From: Promethearchaeia archaeon
Lineage (GTDB): Archaea > Asgardarchaeota > Lokiarchaeia > Sigyniarchaeales > SOKP01
Assembly (NCBI GenBank): GCA_036478875.1
Contig: JAZGEW010000068.1
Span: 4-64,003, forward strand
DNA: 64,000 bases
Direction of reading: 5' to 3'
Made by a program: the position numbers and the translations under genes. Positions 28,378 through 37,263 of this stretch are shown here, piece after piece (the first letter of the stretch is position 1; every line of letters starts with the position of its first letter). Under the pieces are notes generated by a model. It was given only the letters and a program-made list of their open reading frames with translations, did no database searches and had not been told where the DNA came from.

Positions 28378-29922
28378 GTGCGGATAGTAATCGAGTATAA
28401 TAGTAAGGAATTAGGAGTTGTATTAACCCCCCCTCAAACAGTTGAATATATAATATCAAGATTAGGGGAGATTAAGGATGAACAGAAAATTTTAGATCCT
28501 TGCGTTGGACCAGGAATTTTTATTAAAAAACTAATAGAATCTGGAGTTGGTAAGAATCAAATATTTGCTTATGATATTAATTCAAGTTTTCAAAAAGAAA
28601 TTGAAAAACTGGGAATTTTTTTTAAAAGGCAAGATACACTTATAGCTTTATACCCTGATTCTTATAAAGAATTCGATTATATTGTTGGAAATCCACCATA
28701 TCTAAATAAAGCAAGTGCTTATGTTCGAAAAAACAAACTAAAACTAAGAAAGATCTATGGAAATATAAATGCTCATGAAACATATGCAATGTTTATTGTA
28801 AATAGCATTTGGCGATTAAAAGAAGGAGGAAAATTAGGTTTTATAACTAGTGATTCATTTTTAACACTAAGTACTCATAAAAAACTAAGGAGATTTATCC
28901 TTAATAATTGTAAAATTAATGAAATTCTTTTAGCACCAAAAAATTTGTTTTCTAATCAAAATGTAAGTACAAGTCCAGTAATTATTATTTTGACAAAATG
29001 TTCTGGTCAGAAAAATAGAAAGTTAAGGGAAAACAATAAAATGATAATAATTCCTAGAGTAAACAGCGAGGATGATTATTATACACCTCAGATTCTCTAT
29101 GAAAATGAGCAATTAAAATATAATTCTTTACCATTTAACATATTTTTTACTGATGTAGAAGATGAAGTTATAGATTTATTTGAAAAAGCACCCAAATTAG
29201 AAGATTTCATTCAAGGATATATTGGGATGCATACTCATGATAATAGGAGGTTTATAGCTGCTATTGAAGGTACTGAACTAGCTAAGATCTTTAGAAAGAG
29301 AAATATGAAAATAATTGATTCTGATAGGAGGTATCGTATTATTGAAAGAGAAAATTTAAAATCAAATCAGTGGAAACCTTATTTAAAGCGAGGAGGCGCA
29401 GATCAGTATTATAGACCAATAATGGAAGCATTAGATTGGAATAAAGAATCATTAGATAAGTATGATATTCCGAAAAATGTGCCCTTTGAAAAGGAGGGTA
29501 TCATAATAAGTGGAGTAAGTACAAGATTAGCTGCGCGTTATATGCCAAGAGGATGCTATTGGGATTCTAATAAAGCTATTGGATTTATAATTAAGGAAAA
29601 AACTATTTCCACTCCTTATATTTTGGGTCTGCTAAATAGTTCCTTATATAACTACTTAGCAAAGGGAATTATCAATAATACTAGCAGTATACAAATTTCA
29701 GGGATCCATGCTTTGCCTTTTGTGTTACCTGATAATGAAACTAAAGAAAAAATAGAAAATCTTGTCAATACAATAGTTAACAGTAAAAGAGAAGATGAAA
29801 ATTATAATTATGTTTTAGAACAACAGGAAATTGATAAAATTATTTTTAATTTCTATGCTAATAGATTCAATTTTTCAATGAGTTTAAAAGATAGAATGGA
29901 TCAATTTTTTTCTATTTATTGA
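28378..29922 (+). CDS. N6-adenine DNA methyltransferase (Eco57I/TaqI-like gamma class), orphan
   Basis: 514 aa with a GTG start. It has 'GVVLTPPQTVEYI', motif I 'ILDPCVGPGIF' and motif IV 'VGNPPYLNKA', plus a C-terminal TaqI-like specificity-domain-like region. Confidence 0.75.
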   Translation: MRIVIEYNSKELGVVLTPPQTVEYIISRLGEIKDEQKILDPCVGPGIFIKKLIESGVGKNQIFAYDINSSFQKEIEKLGIFFKRQDTLIALYPDSYKEFDYIVGNPPYLNKASAYVRKNKLKLRKIYGNINAHETYAMFIVNSIWRLKEGGKLGFITSDSFLTLSTHKKLRRFILNNCKINEILLAPKNLFSNQNVSTSPVIIILTKCSGQKNRKLRENNKMIIIPRVNSEDDYYTPQILYENEQLKYNSLPFNIFFTDVEDEVIDLFEKAPKLEDFIQGYIGMHTHDNRRFIAAIEGTELAKIFRKRNMKIIDSDRRYRIIERENLKSNQWKPYLKRGGADQYYRPIMEALDWNKESLDKYDIPKNVPFEKEGIIISGVSTRLAARYMPRGCYWDSNKAIGFIIKEKTISTPYILGLLNSSLYNYLAKGIINNTSSIQISGIHALPFVLPDNETKEKIENLVNTIVNSKREDENYNYVLEQQEIDKIIFNFYANRFNFSMSLKDRMDQFFSIY

Positions 29923-29981
29923 TAAAATACTTCTACTGAAGTATTCAGTTCCAATTCCTTTTATCAATTTTGAATTGATCT

Positions 29982-31799
29982 TTATAGTTTTTCTCCTTTA
30001 ATTTCTTCTTCATATTTTTTTCTTCGTTCTTTTAAATAAGTTGGTATGGGAACATCCCACCAACCGAATGCTGGAGAGCCGGTAAAAGGAAAAGTCCTGT
30101 TTACTAAGATTTCTATTACTGCTGGTTTTCTTGATTCACTTGCTCTTTTCAATGCAGGAAATATATCTTCTCGTTTCGAGATTTTTTCAGCATAACATCC
30201 AAATCCCTCTGCGATTTTAGCAAAATCAGGGGAATAGGTATTTCCATCCTTATCTTCGAAAGCTGTAGCATAGCCTCGATCTTCTCCAAATGCTGCTTGC
30301 TGTAAATCTTTAATTGCAATCCATCCATGATTATTAAGTACAATAAAGAAAATGTTATCCAAACCAAGTTGAACAGCTATAGATAACTCCGATATCGTCA
30401 TCATAAAATCACCATCACCTACAAGAGCAATAACTTGACGGTTTTTCTTGCCAATATCAATTGACCCTAGTTTAGCTCCGATGGTAGCAGGAACACTGTA
30501 TCCCATTGTAGAAAACCCTCCCGCAGTTAAACAAGTTTTAGGTTCATAAAACTCTAATTCTTGAATCATCTGAGCTTGTATATTGCCAGAACTTGTTACT
30601 ATGACAGCATCTCTATCGAAAAATTTTCTTAACTCTTTTAAAACTGTAGAAATCATTACAGGAACTTTTGTATCATCTCGATGTTTTTCAAGGAGCTCAA
30701 ACCATTTTTTCTTTTCTTCTTGAATTTCTTTAAAATAATCACTACTTTTATACTCATTTGAATAGTCTCCTAATTCATCGATAATTTGTTGAAGACACGC
30801 TTTTGCATCGCCAATAATCCCAACTTCGACGGGATAATTCTTACCAATTTCATGTGGATCAATATCAATTTGGATAAGTTTTGTAGGAGGAATGGAAAAA
30901 CTTACTCCATCTTTATAAGAGCTTGCAGTTTCATCAGCAAAACGACAACCAATAGCGAAAATTACATCTGCAGTTGATGTCATCTTCAATCCTACAGTAG
31001 TACCTTTCGAGCCACTACTCCATGCAAATAAAGGATGATCGTTTGGAAATGCTGATTTAGCCATCATTGTTACTACAACTGCAGCACCAATTTTTTCTGC
31101 TAACTCTTTGACTTCTTTAAAAGCTTCAGCAGCAACAACTCCACCGCCTAAAAGTATAACAGGTCTATTTGCGTCTTTTAATAATTGAGTTGCTTTTATA
31201 ACAAAAATAGGATCTCCTAAAATTTTTCCAGTTGATCTCCTTTTCATGGGCTCAGGTATGATAATTTCGGCATCAGATGCTTGAACATCCATAGGAAGAT
31301 CGATCATAGTAGGACCTTTTCTTCCTGTCATCATTTGATTAAAAGCTCGTTGCATTATTGAGGGGAGTTGACTTACGGAATCAACATGGAAACTACGTTT
31401 AACAATTGGTTCCAAAACTCTTAGCATGTCAGAATCCCTTCTTCTCTCAATTTCCTGAAGAACTCCCTTTCCACGCATATGAGTGTGGGTTGTTCCGGTT
31501 AAACATAAAACAGGGAAACTATCCACATAAGCATCAGCCAATCCAATTGCTGTATTCATCGCTCCTGGTCCAATTGAAGTAAAAACACATAAAGGCTGCC
31601 CCGTGATCCTATAATAGCCTACAGCAAGGTGAATACCGGCATTTTCAGTTTTTGGCTGAATAATGTGTAGTTTATCTTTATCTCTGTAAAATGCGTCAGT
31701 TAATGGTAAATTTCCATGCCCGGGAATCCCTATAACATATTTTACTCCTTCTTTTATTAAATATTTGGAGATAACCTCTCCACCAGTATACTTTGGCAT
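29982..31799 (-). CDS. thiamine-diphosphate-dependent enzyme, acetolactate synthase large-subunit-like
   Basis: 605 aa with the TPP-binding motif 'GDGDFMM...NN' and an N-terminal pyrimidine-binding domain. The specific activity (ALS versus sulfoacetaldehyde acetyltransferase and similar) cannot be resolved by eye. Confidence 0.75.
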   Translation of the reverse strand: MPKYTGGEVISKYLIKEGVKYVIGIPGHGNLPLTDAFYRDKDKLHIIQPKTENAGIHLAVGYYRITGQPLCVFTSIGPGAMNTAIGLADAYVDSFPVLCLTGTTHTHMRGKGVLQEIERRRDSDMLRVLEPIVKRSFHVDSVSQLPSIMQRAFNQMMTGRKGPTMIDLPMDVQASDAEIIIPEPMKRRSTGKILGDPIFVIKATQLLKDANRPVILLGGGVVAAEAFKEVKELAEKIGAAVVVTMMAKSAFPNDHPLFAWSSGSKGTTVGLKMTSTADVIFAIGCRFADETASSYKDGVSFSIPPTKLIQIDIDPHEIGKNYPVEVGIIGDAKACLQQIIDELGDYSNEYKSSDYFKEIQEEKKKWFELLEKHRDDTKVPVMISTVLKELRKFFDRDAVIVTSSGNIQAQMIQELEFYEPKTCLTAGGFSTMGYSVPATIGAKLGSIDIGKKNRQVIALVGDGDFMMTISELSIAVQLGLDNIFFIVLNNHGWIAIKDLQQAAFGEDRGYATAFEDKDGNTYSPDFAKIAEGFGCYAEKISKREDIFPALKRASESRKPAVIEILVNRTFPFTGSPAFGWWDVPIPTYLKERRKKYEEEIKGEKL

Positions 31800-32006
31800 T
31801 TTATAATCTATTTAATTTGTAAGTTTTTATTGAATATAATGTGATATACTAAAAATAGATATAAGTTTGATATTCTATGAAACTGTTTAAGAAAAAATAA
31901 TATTTATACAAAAATTAATTTGAAAATTTAGTATCCCCCTTCTTTTTATAAGGAAAATATCAAGGATTAAACATATATAAAGTAAAAAGTTATGTTATTC
32001 TTTTAA

Positions 32007-33356
32007 TTGTTGGGTAAAGTGCCTTCTATCTTAGAAAAGATTCGAGTCTTGGGAGAAAATTCTAAATATGATATTTGTGCCAGTACTGCTTCCAGTCGTA
32101 CAGCTAAATATCCAAAACTTTTTGGAGATTCAAAAAAATGGATAGGAACTACAGCAAGTGCCGGAATTTGTCATAGTTATACCCCAGATGGTCGATGCAT
32201 GAGTCTCTTTAAAACTCTATACACTAACAAATGTATATACAGTTGCAAGTATTGCTTTTCCCATAATTGTAGGCAGAAGATGAGCTTTACACCAGAAGAA
32301 TATGCACGTACGTTTATGAAACTCTATTCGATGAATGTAGTTGAAGGGGTATTCATCTCATCCGCAATTTGCCGTAGTGCCGATGAAACAACTGAAGAAA
32401 TGTTGGAAGCAATTCGGCTTCTTCGATTTAAATATAATTTTCGCGGTTATGTACATTTTAAGTGTTTACCTGGCGTGAGCCAATATCTTCTTAAAGAAGC
32501 AATAAGTCTGTCAGATCGTATTTCCATCAATTCAGAAGCATCTACTAAAGATCATCTTGCTGAAATTGCAGAACAAAAAGATTTTATGAACGATATCATA
32601 ATGCGTCAGCGCTGGTTAAAACAAATTCGCGTCAGACATAATGATGAAACACTTAAAATATTGAAAGATTTGAAACAAGATAATCACCTAAACTATCAAG
32701 AAAAGATGATTAAAGATAGAAGAGAAGATGGGTATAAAAAATTTAGATGGGATGACGCTCCAATTCTTAATAGTGGACAAACAACCCAGTTTGTAGTGGG
32801 GGCTGCGGAAAATGAAAGCGATTACGACCTACTTAAAAGAATTGATTGGGGATATAAAGAAATTGATCTTAGGCGAGCACATTTTTCTTCTTTCATCCCA
32901 ATCGAAGGGACACCCCTAGCTGGTAAACAAGCAGCACCTTTAGCAAGAGAACATCAATTATATCAAAGTGATTGGTTATTGCGAATCTATCATTATAAAC
33001 TCAAAGATTTGAGAGAAATATTAACGGAGGAGGACAATTTACCTATAGGTGATCCAAAAATTCACTTAGCAAGACAATATTTTAAAGATCATGGACCAGT
33101 GGATCCAAATCAAGCATCTTATCATGATTTAATAAGAGTTCCGGGGATTGGTCCAATTTCAGCTAAGCGGATAATTAATTTGCGATCCAAAAAATTTGTA
33201 TTTAAACGTAGACAAGATTTAAAATCTGTTGGTGTTGTGTTGAAACGAGCTGATCCTTACCTTTTAATTGGTGGTAAAAATCAAACAACCCTTCAAAATT
33301 TCATCGATCTTAATAATATTAAAAACACACAGAGGGAAATCGTATGGGAAAGTTAG
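32007..33356 (+). CDS. 'putative DNA modification/repair' radical SAM protein (TIGR03916-like) with C-terminal helix-hairpin-helix
   Basis: 449 aa with a TTG start. It has the radical SAM cluster 'CIYSCKYC' and the C-terminal HhH 'LIRVPGIGPISAKRII'. It overlaps the downstream DUF4130-like gene by 13 nt. Confidence 0.7.
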   Translation: MLGKVPSILEKIRVLGENSKYDICASTASSRTAKYPKLFGDSKKWIGTTASAGICHSYTPDGRCMSLFKTLYTNKCIYSCKYCFSHNCRQKMSFTPEEYARTFMKLYSMNVVEGVFISSAICRSADETTEEMLEAIRLLRFKYNFRGYVHFKCLPGVSQYLLKEAISLSDRISINSEASTKDHLAEIAEQKDFMNDIIMRQRWLKQIRVRHNDETLKILKDLKQDNHLNYQEKMIKDRREDGYKKFRWDDAPILNSGQTTQFVVGAAENESDYDLLKRIDWGYKEIDLRRAHFSSFIPIEGTPLAGKQAAPLAREHQLYQSDWLLRIYHYKLKDLREILTEEDNLPIGDPKIHLARQYFKDHGPVDPNQASYHDLIRVPGIGPISAKRIINLRSKKFVFKRRQDLKSVGVVLKRADPYLLIGGKNQTTLQNFIDLNNIKNTQREIVWES

Positions 33357-34006
33357 TGGATACAAAAGATCCATTAGAAGTCGTTGGATGTGCTAAAGGC
33401 CACTCACATGAAGAAATAATAAATAATCTACCCCGACATTGTAAATTTACTCCTATTCTAATAAAACATGTTAAAAAAATACCAGAAGCAATCTTACGCA
33501 ATTCAGGCACTCCAATCGCAAAGAAAATCAATCGTATGATGAGAGAAGTGACTACTGAAGCATATCGTGCTAAACAGTTTACTCGAACTGAGATTAATAA
33601 TCGGGGTGTACTATTTGGAGTTGTTTTGCTAAAACATCGAGTAATGGATTTGGTTTTAAATTATTTTCACGAGAGATGGCCAGAGTGTATAATTTGCTTG
33701 TATAATGAGCATTCTGGTAAAACCGGGATAATTAATGAAAAAGGAAGGATTCAAGAGATTGATGCTACTCTGAAAAGTGTTGTAAAAAAAGTTAGTAAAA
33801 ATCGACCTGTCATACCATATTTCGACGACATCCAGTTTTCTGGTGGAGAAATCTTCGAGACACTTTATAAGTCACAGTTTATTTCTGAAAGAGAAAACCA
33901 AAATTACTTTAAGCGGATGATTCCTGATAAATGTTTTGAATTGCCAGGAATGAGAAGTGGTGTAGAAAAGCGTTTTCGAAATAAAAAGATCAATGATTAT
34001 ATTTAA
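33344..34006 (+). CDS. DUF4130-like 'probable DNA metabolism protein' (TIGR03915-like), partner of the radical SAM protein
   Basis: 220 aa. The 'VLLKHRVMDLVLNYFHERWPECIICLYNEH' region resembles the DUF4130 core. It appears translationally coupled to the upstream gene. Confidence 0.55.
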   Translation: MGKLVDTKDPLEVVGCAKGHSHEEIINNLPRHCKFTPILIKHVKKIPEAILRNSGTPIAKKINRMMREVTTEAYRAKQFTRTEINNRGVLFGVVLLKHRVMDLVLNYFHERWPECIICLYNEHSGKTGIINEKGRIQEIDATLKSVVKKVSKNRPVIPYFDDIQFSGGEIFETLYKSQFISERENQNYFKRMIPDKCFELPGMRSGVEKRFRNKKINDYI

Positions 34007-34008
34007 TT

Positions 34009-34788
34009 TCAAATTATTTTGGCAAATAATTCTTTACCTGTTTTATATGCTTCGCTTTCATTAGGCAGTTGTAATAAATTTTCTCCGATTATATTCATTC
34101 TACTGATTTCATCGCTGTTTACAATAAAACCGAGGAGCTTTACATACTCTTTTTTAATACTAGCTACTTCTTTTTCTAAAATATCTCTTAAGGAGTTCTC
34201 TGGAAACCTATTCCCGAGTATCCAAATATTTTCAAACCTTAAATCCACTTCTTTAGTTATTTCTAATATACGTTTCATGGTATGGATGCCCATCTTGCTT
34301 GGATCAGAGACTATTATCAAGTCAGTAACATTACGACCAGTTTTTCTGGCAAAAAATTCCAATCCCGCAGGAGCATCAATAAGTACGACGTCATAATTCT
34401 TAGATAATACATCAATGATGCGTTTCAAATAATTATTGATGCTGCAATAGCATCCCTCTCCTTCTCCTCGACCCATTTCTAGAATATCGAACATATCCAT
34501 TTCAATTAGAGCATCAAATACCTCGGATTCGACGATCTGATCCTTAGACACTTCGAGAGGTATTTGTCTTTTTTGGATTTTATGTTTCAGCTCAGCCATT
34601 TTTCCCCCAACAGTTTCCTTAAAATGGATTTCTTTCCCTATAAGATCTGCAATATTTGCATCTGGATCGGCATCAATTACGAGGATGTTAAGATCTTTAA
34701 ATTTTTCAAGGAGATACTTGAGCATTAAGACGAGGAGCGTAGATTTTCCAACCCCGCCCTTTCCAGAAAAAGAGATGATTTTTTTCAT
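34009..34788 (-). CDS. CooC/MinD-type P-loop ATPase (Ni-insertion accessory protein-like)
   Basis: 259 aa with the deviant Walker A 'GKGGVGKST' and the 'GEGCYCSIN' CxC motif typical of CooC-type maturation ATPases. Confidence 0.7.
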   Translation of the reverse strand: MKKIISFSGKGGVGKSTLLVLMLKYLLEKFKDLNILVIDADPDANIADLIGKEIHFKETVGGKMAELKHKIQKRQIPLEVSKDQIVESEVFDALIEMDMFDILEMGRGEGEGCYCSINNYLKRIIDVLSKNYDVVLIDAPAGLEFFARKTGRNVTDLIIVSDPSKMGIHTMKRILEITKEVDLRFENIWILGNRFPENSLRDILEKEVASIKKEYVKLLGFIVNSDEISRMNIIGENLLQLPNESEAYKTGKELFAKII

Positions 34789-34948
34789 GAGAATTAACTT
34801 AAAACTAGTGTTTATTCTTTATGTAAAGAAAATTGAATTAAGATTAAAAATTTATTATAAATAATTAAAAAGATTAAGTTGCGTTCTAATAAGAAAAATA
34901 AACTTGTTTAACAGAGAAATTAATAATAAATAGATAAATTTATAGAAA

Positions 34949-35803
34949 TCATCTTCTTGATTGCTGTTGTTGTCGTTGTTGTCGTGGTTGTCGTTGTTGT
35001 TCTGGACGGTAAACCGGAACTATCTTTGAGGTAAATTCTTCTAAAGTATGAGGAAACTCGTCTTCACTTGAGATTTTACCTAATTCTAACATAATTTGCC
35101 TTGCTAAGAGCCAGAATGCTAAACCTAATGCTTTTTTACCTCGATTATTGGCCGGGATCGCAAGATCTATACCTGTAAGAGTATCGTCGGTATCGAATAG
35201 AGAAACTACTGGAATTCGTGCCAATTTAGCTTCTTGTAAAATTACTTTATCAGCATGAGGATCTACAATTACTACAACGCTCGCATCTTTAATATATGTA
35301 TCAATAATAGGATTTGTAAGTGATCCTGGAATAAATCTTGTGGTTATTGCTCTGCAACCTAATACTTGACAGAATTTTTTTACTGGTTCTTTTCCATATC
35401 GACGAACAGAAGTAACAATAACTCTATCACTTCCTTCTTCAACATATTTACTTAGATATTTAGATGCGATCAGAAGTCGTTCATCTGTTTGTGTTAAATC
35501 AATAACATATAATCCATAATTAGTTTGTCTATAAATAAATCTTCGAGCATCTCCCGTCAATAATTTTGTTCCAATATGTATACCGCAGCTTAAGTAGAGT
35601 TGTTTTCTTTCCTCATCTTTATCGACCAATTCCTCTTTAACTTCGATTCCTGCTTCAATATCTTCAGTATCTAATAAGTCAAGTTCTTCTTCTAGATCTA
35701 GGTCTTCTTCAAAATCTATCTCAAAATCATCGCTAAAATCCTCATTATCATCGTTTTTTTTCTTAGTTTCGGATTCTTCAGTTTTCTTTTTCTTTCGAGC
35801 CAA
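34949..35803 (-). CDS. rps2: 30S ribosomal protein uS2 with acidic N-terminal and Gln/Arg-rich C-terminal extensions
   Basis: The core 'LSCGIHIGT...YGLYVIDL...VVIVDPHADKVILQEAKLARIPVVSLFDTD' is uS2. It carries a ~65-aa Lys/Asp/Glu-rich N-terminal tail and a 'RPEQQRQPRQQRQQQQSRR' C-terminal tail. Confidence 0.85.
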   Translation of the reverse strand: MARKKKKTEESETKKKNDDNEDFSDDFEIDFEEDLDLEEELDLLDTEDIEAGIEVKEELVDKDEERKQLYLSCGIHIGTKLLTGDARRFIYRQTNYGLYVIDLTQTDERLLIASKYLSKYVEEGSDRVIVTSVRRYGKEPVKKFCQVLGCRAITTRFIPGSLTNPIIDTYIKDASVVVIVDPHADKVILQEAKLARIPVVSLFDTDDTLTGIDLAIPANNRGKKALGLAFWLLARQIMLELGKISSEDEFPHTLEEFTSKIVPVYRPEQQRQPRQQRQQQQSRR

Positions 35804-36026
35804 AATAGTAGCCTTTTTTCTAATATTAACTAGATTATGATAATTTTGAGTTTATCAATCTAGTGAATATATTTTTGAATACATGATAACTTTAATATTT
35901 TATTGAGTAGATTTTTCTAAAACCTTGAGATCTAAAGTTTTAATATAGCATAATGATTTTAATTAGTAATATAACTTATGGAATATAATTATAATATAAA
36001 ATTTTAATTCTGTAACGGTTTGAATT

Positions 36027-36521
36027 ATGGCGTCCTATCGATTAATTATTGGTATCATTGTTGGTATCATATTTAGTTTTTTTACGGTTTTTTTCTTTAA
36101 TATGACGGTTATCATAACCCAAATTGAATTGCACGCTGGTGGTAATGTATTAAAAATAGCTGCATTATTAGTTGGGGCTAATTTTGATTTTAATATGATT
36201 TCATTTATCATAGACCCCCTTCAATCCCCTTCAATCTTAGGATTTTTTGCGCCAGAGATATTAGCATGGATTTTCATCGGTTACATCACGGGGTCAATAG
36301 CAAAAGGTTTAAGACGAGGAACAATAGCGAGTTCATTAGTAGTTATTATAGTTTTATTGTTTTGGATAATACTAAGCATTATATCCGGTGTAGATTTAAT
36401 GGCTTTATTCCAAGGAACTCAATTAACTGAAACATTAGGGGGAATAATTAGTGCATTTATAGGAGTCTTAATAGGAGGAGTAGTTGGTGGGTTAGTAAGC
36501 GGCCCTTATGAAGAATTCTAA
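36027..36521 (+). CDS. small multi-pass membrane protein, unknown function
   Basis: 164 aa with about 4-5 TM helices and a Gly-rich last helix. Confidence 0.5.
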   Translation: MASYRLIIGIIVGIIFSFFTVFFFNMTVIITQIELHAGGNVLKIAALLVGANFDFNMISFIIDPLQSPSILGFFAPEILAWIFIGYITGSIAKGLRRGTIASSLVVIIVLLFWIILSIISGVDLMALFQGTQLTETLGGIISAFIGVLIGGVVGGLVSGPYEEF

Positions 36522-36694
36522 TAAGAATCTGGTAGGATAATTTTCTTCTCATACATTTTAAGAATCATTTCCTATTCTTTAGCAATCAATTAATATCGAT
36601 ATATTAAATATTGCATATCTCTTACTTAGAACAGCGATTTACGGAAATAGATGATATCTAAAACTTAAAGATTATTAGTAAATTATAAAAAATA

Positions 36695-37231
36695 ATGGTT
36701 AAAAAAGAAGAAATTTTGCCCGATCGGGAATTTGTATTAGAATTATTAAAGACATTAAAAATCCCACTTTCAGTTCGACGCCATTCAGAAAAAGTTGCAG
36801 TTAAAGCTATGCAAATTGCAAATAAAATAAAAAAAGCTCAAGTAGATATGAATTTAGTTGAGATTGGTGCCTTGCTACACGATGTGGGGAGAACAAAAAC
36901 TCATGGCTTTAAGCATGCTTTAATTGGGGGTAAAACCCTAAGACAGAAAGGGTTTTCTGAAAAACTTGCAAGAATTTGTGAAACTCATATTCTAGGAGGA
37001 TTAGACAAAGAAGATGCTAAAAAATTTGGATTACCAGTAAAAAATTATTTACCTGCGACTTTAGAAGAAAAAATAATATGTTTAGCAGATAAGCATATGG
37101 CCGGTACCAGAGAAGTAACAATTCAGGAAAGATTTAATCGATGGTTTCATAAATATGGTAGAAGTAAGATCTTAATAAAATCAAAAAAAAGAATCGAAAA
37201 GATTCAAAAAGAAATTGAAAGGTTAATATAG
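36695..37231 (+). CDS. HD-domain phosphohydrolase (TIGR00295-like)
   Basis: 178 aa with the 'H...HDVGR' HD motif ('GALLHDVGRTKTHG') and a later 'CLADKH'. Confidence 0.75.
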   Translation: MVKKEEILPDREFVLELLKTLKIPLSVRRHSEKVAVKAMQIANKIKKAQVDMNLVEIGALLHDVGRTKTHGFKHALIGGKTLRQKGFSEKLARICETHILGGLDKEDAKKFGLPVKNYLPATLEEKIICLADKHMAGTREVTIQERFNRWFHKYGRSKILIKSKKRIEKIQKEIERLI

Positions 37232-37263
37232 TAAGTTATTCTATTGTTTTATTCTTTAATTGA

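Noticed and set aside
34019-34396. 125-aa plus-strand ORF
   Set aside because: It is antisense to the CooC-type ATPase gene, which has a clear Walker A motif. It has no motifs and a biased composition.
34949-35010. CAA/CGA-rich simple repeat as a non-coding microsatellite
   Set aside because: It is in frame at the 3' end of the uS2 gene and encodes the Gln/Arg tail. I treat it as coding low-complexity sequence (discussed under uS2).
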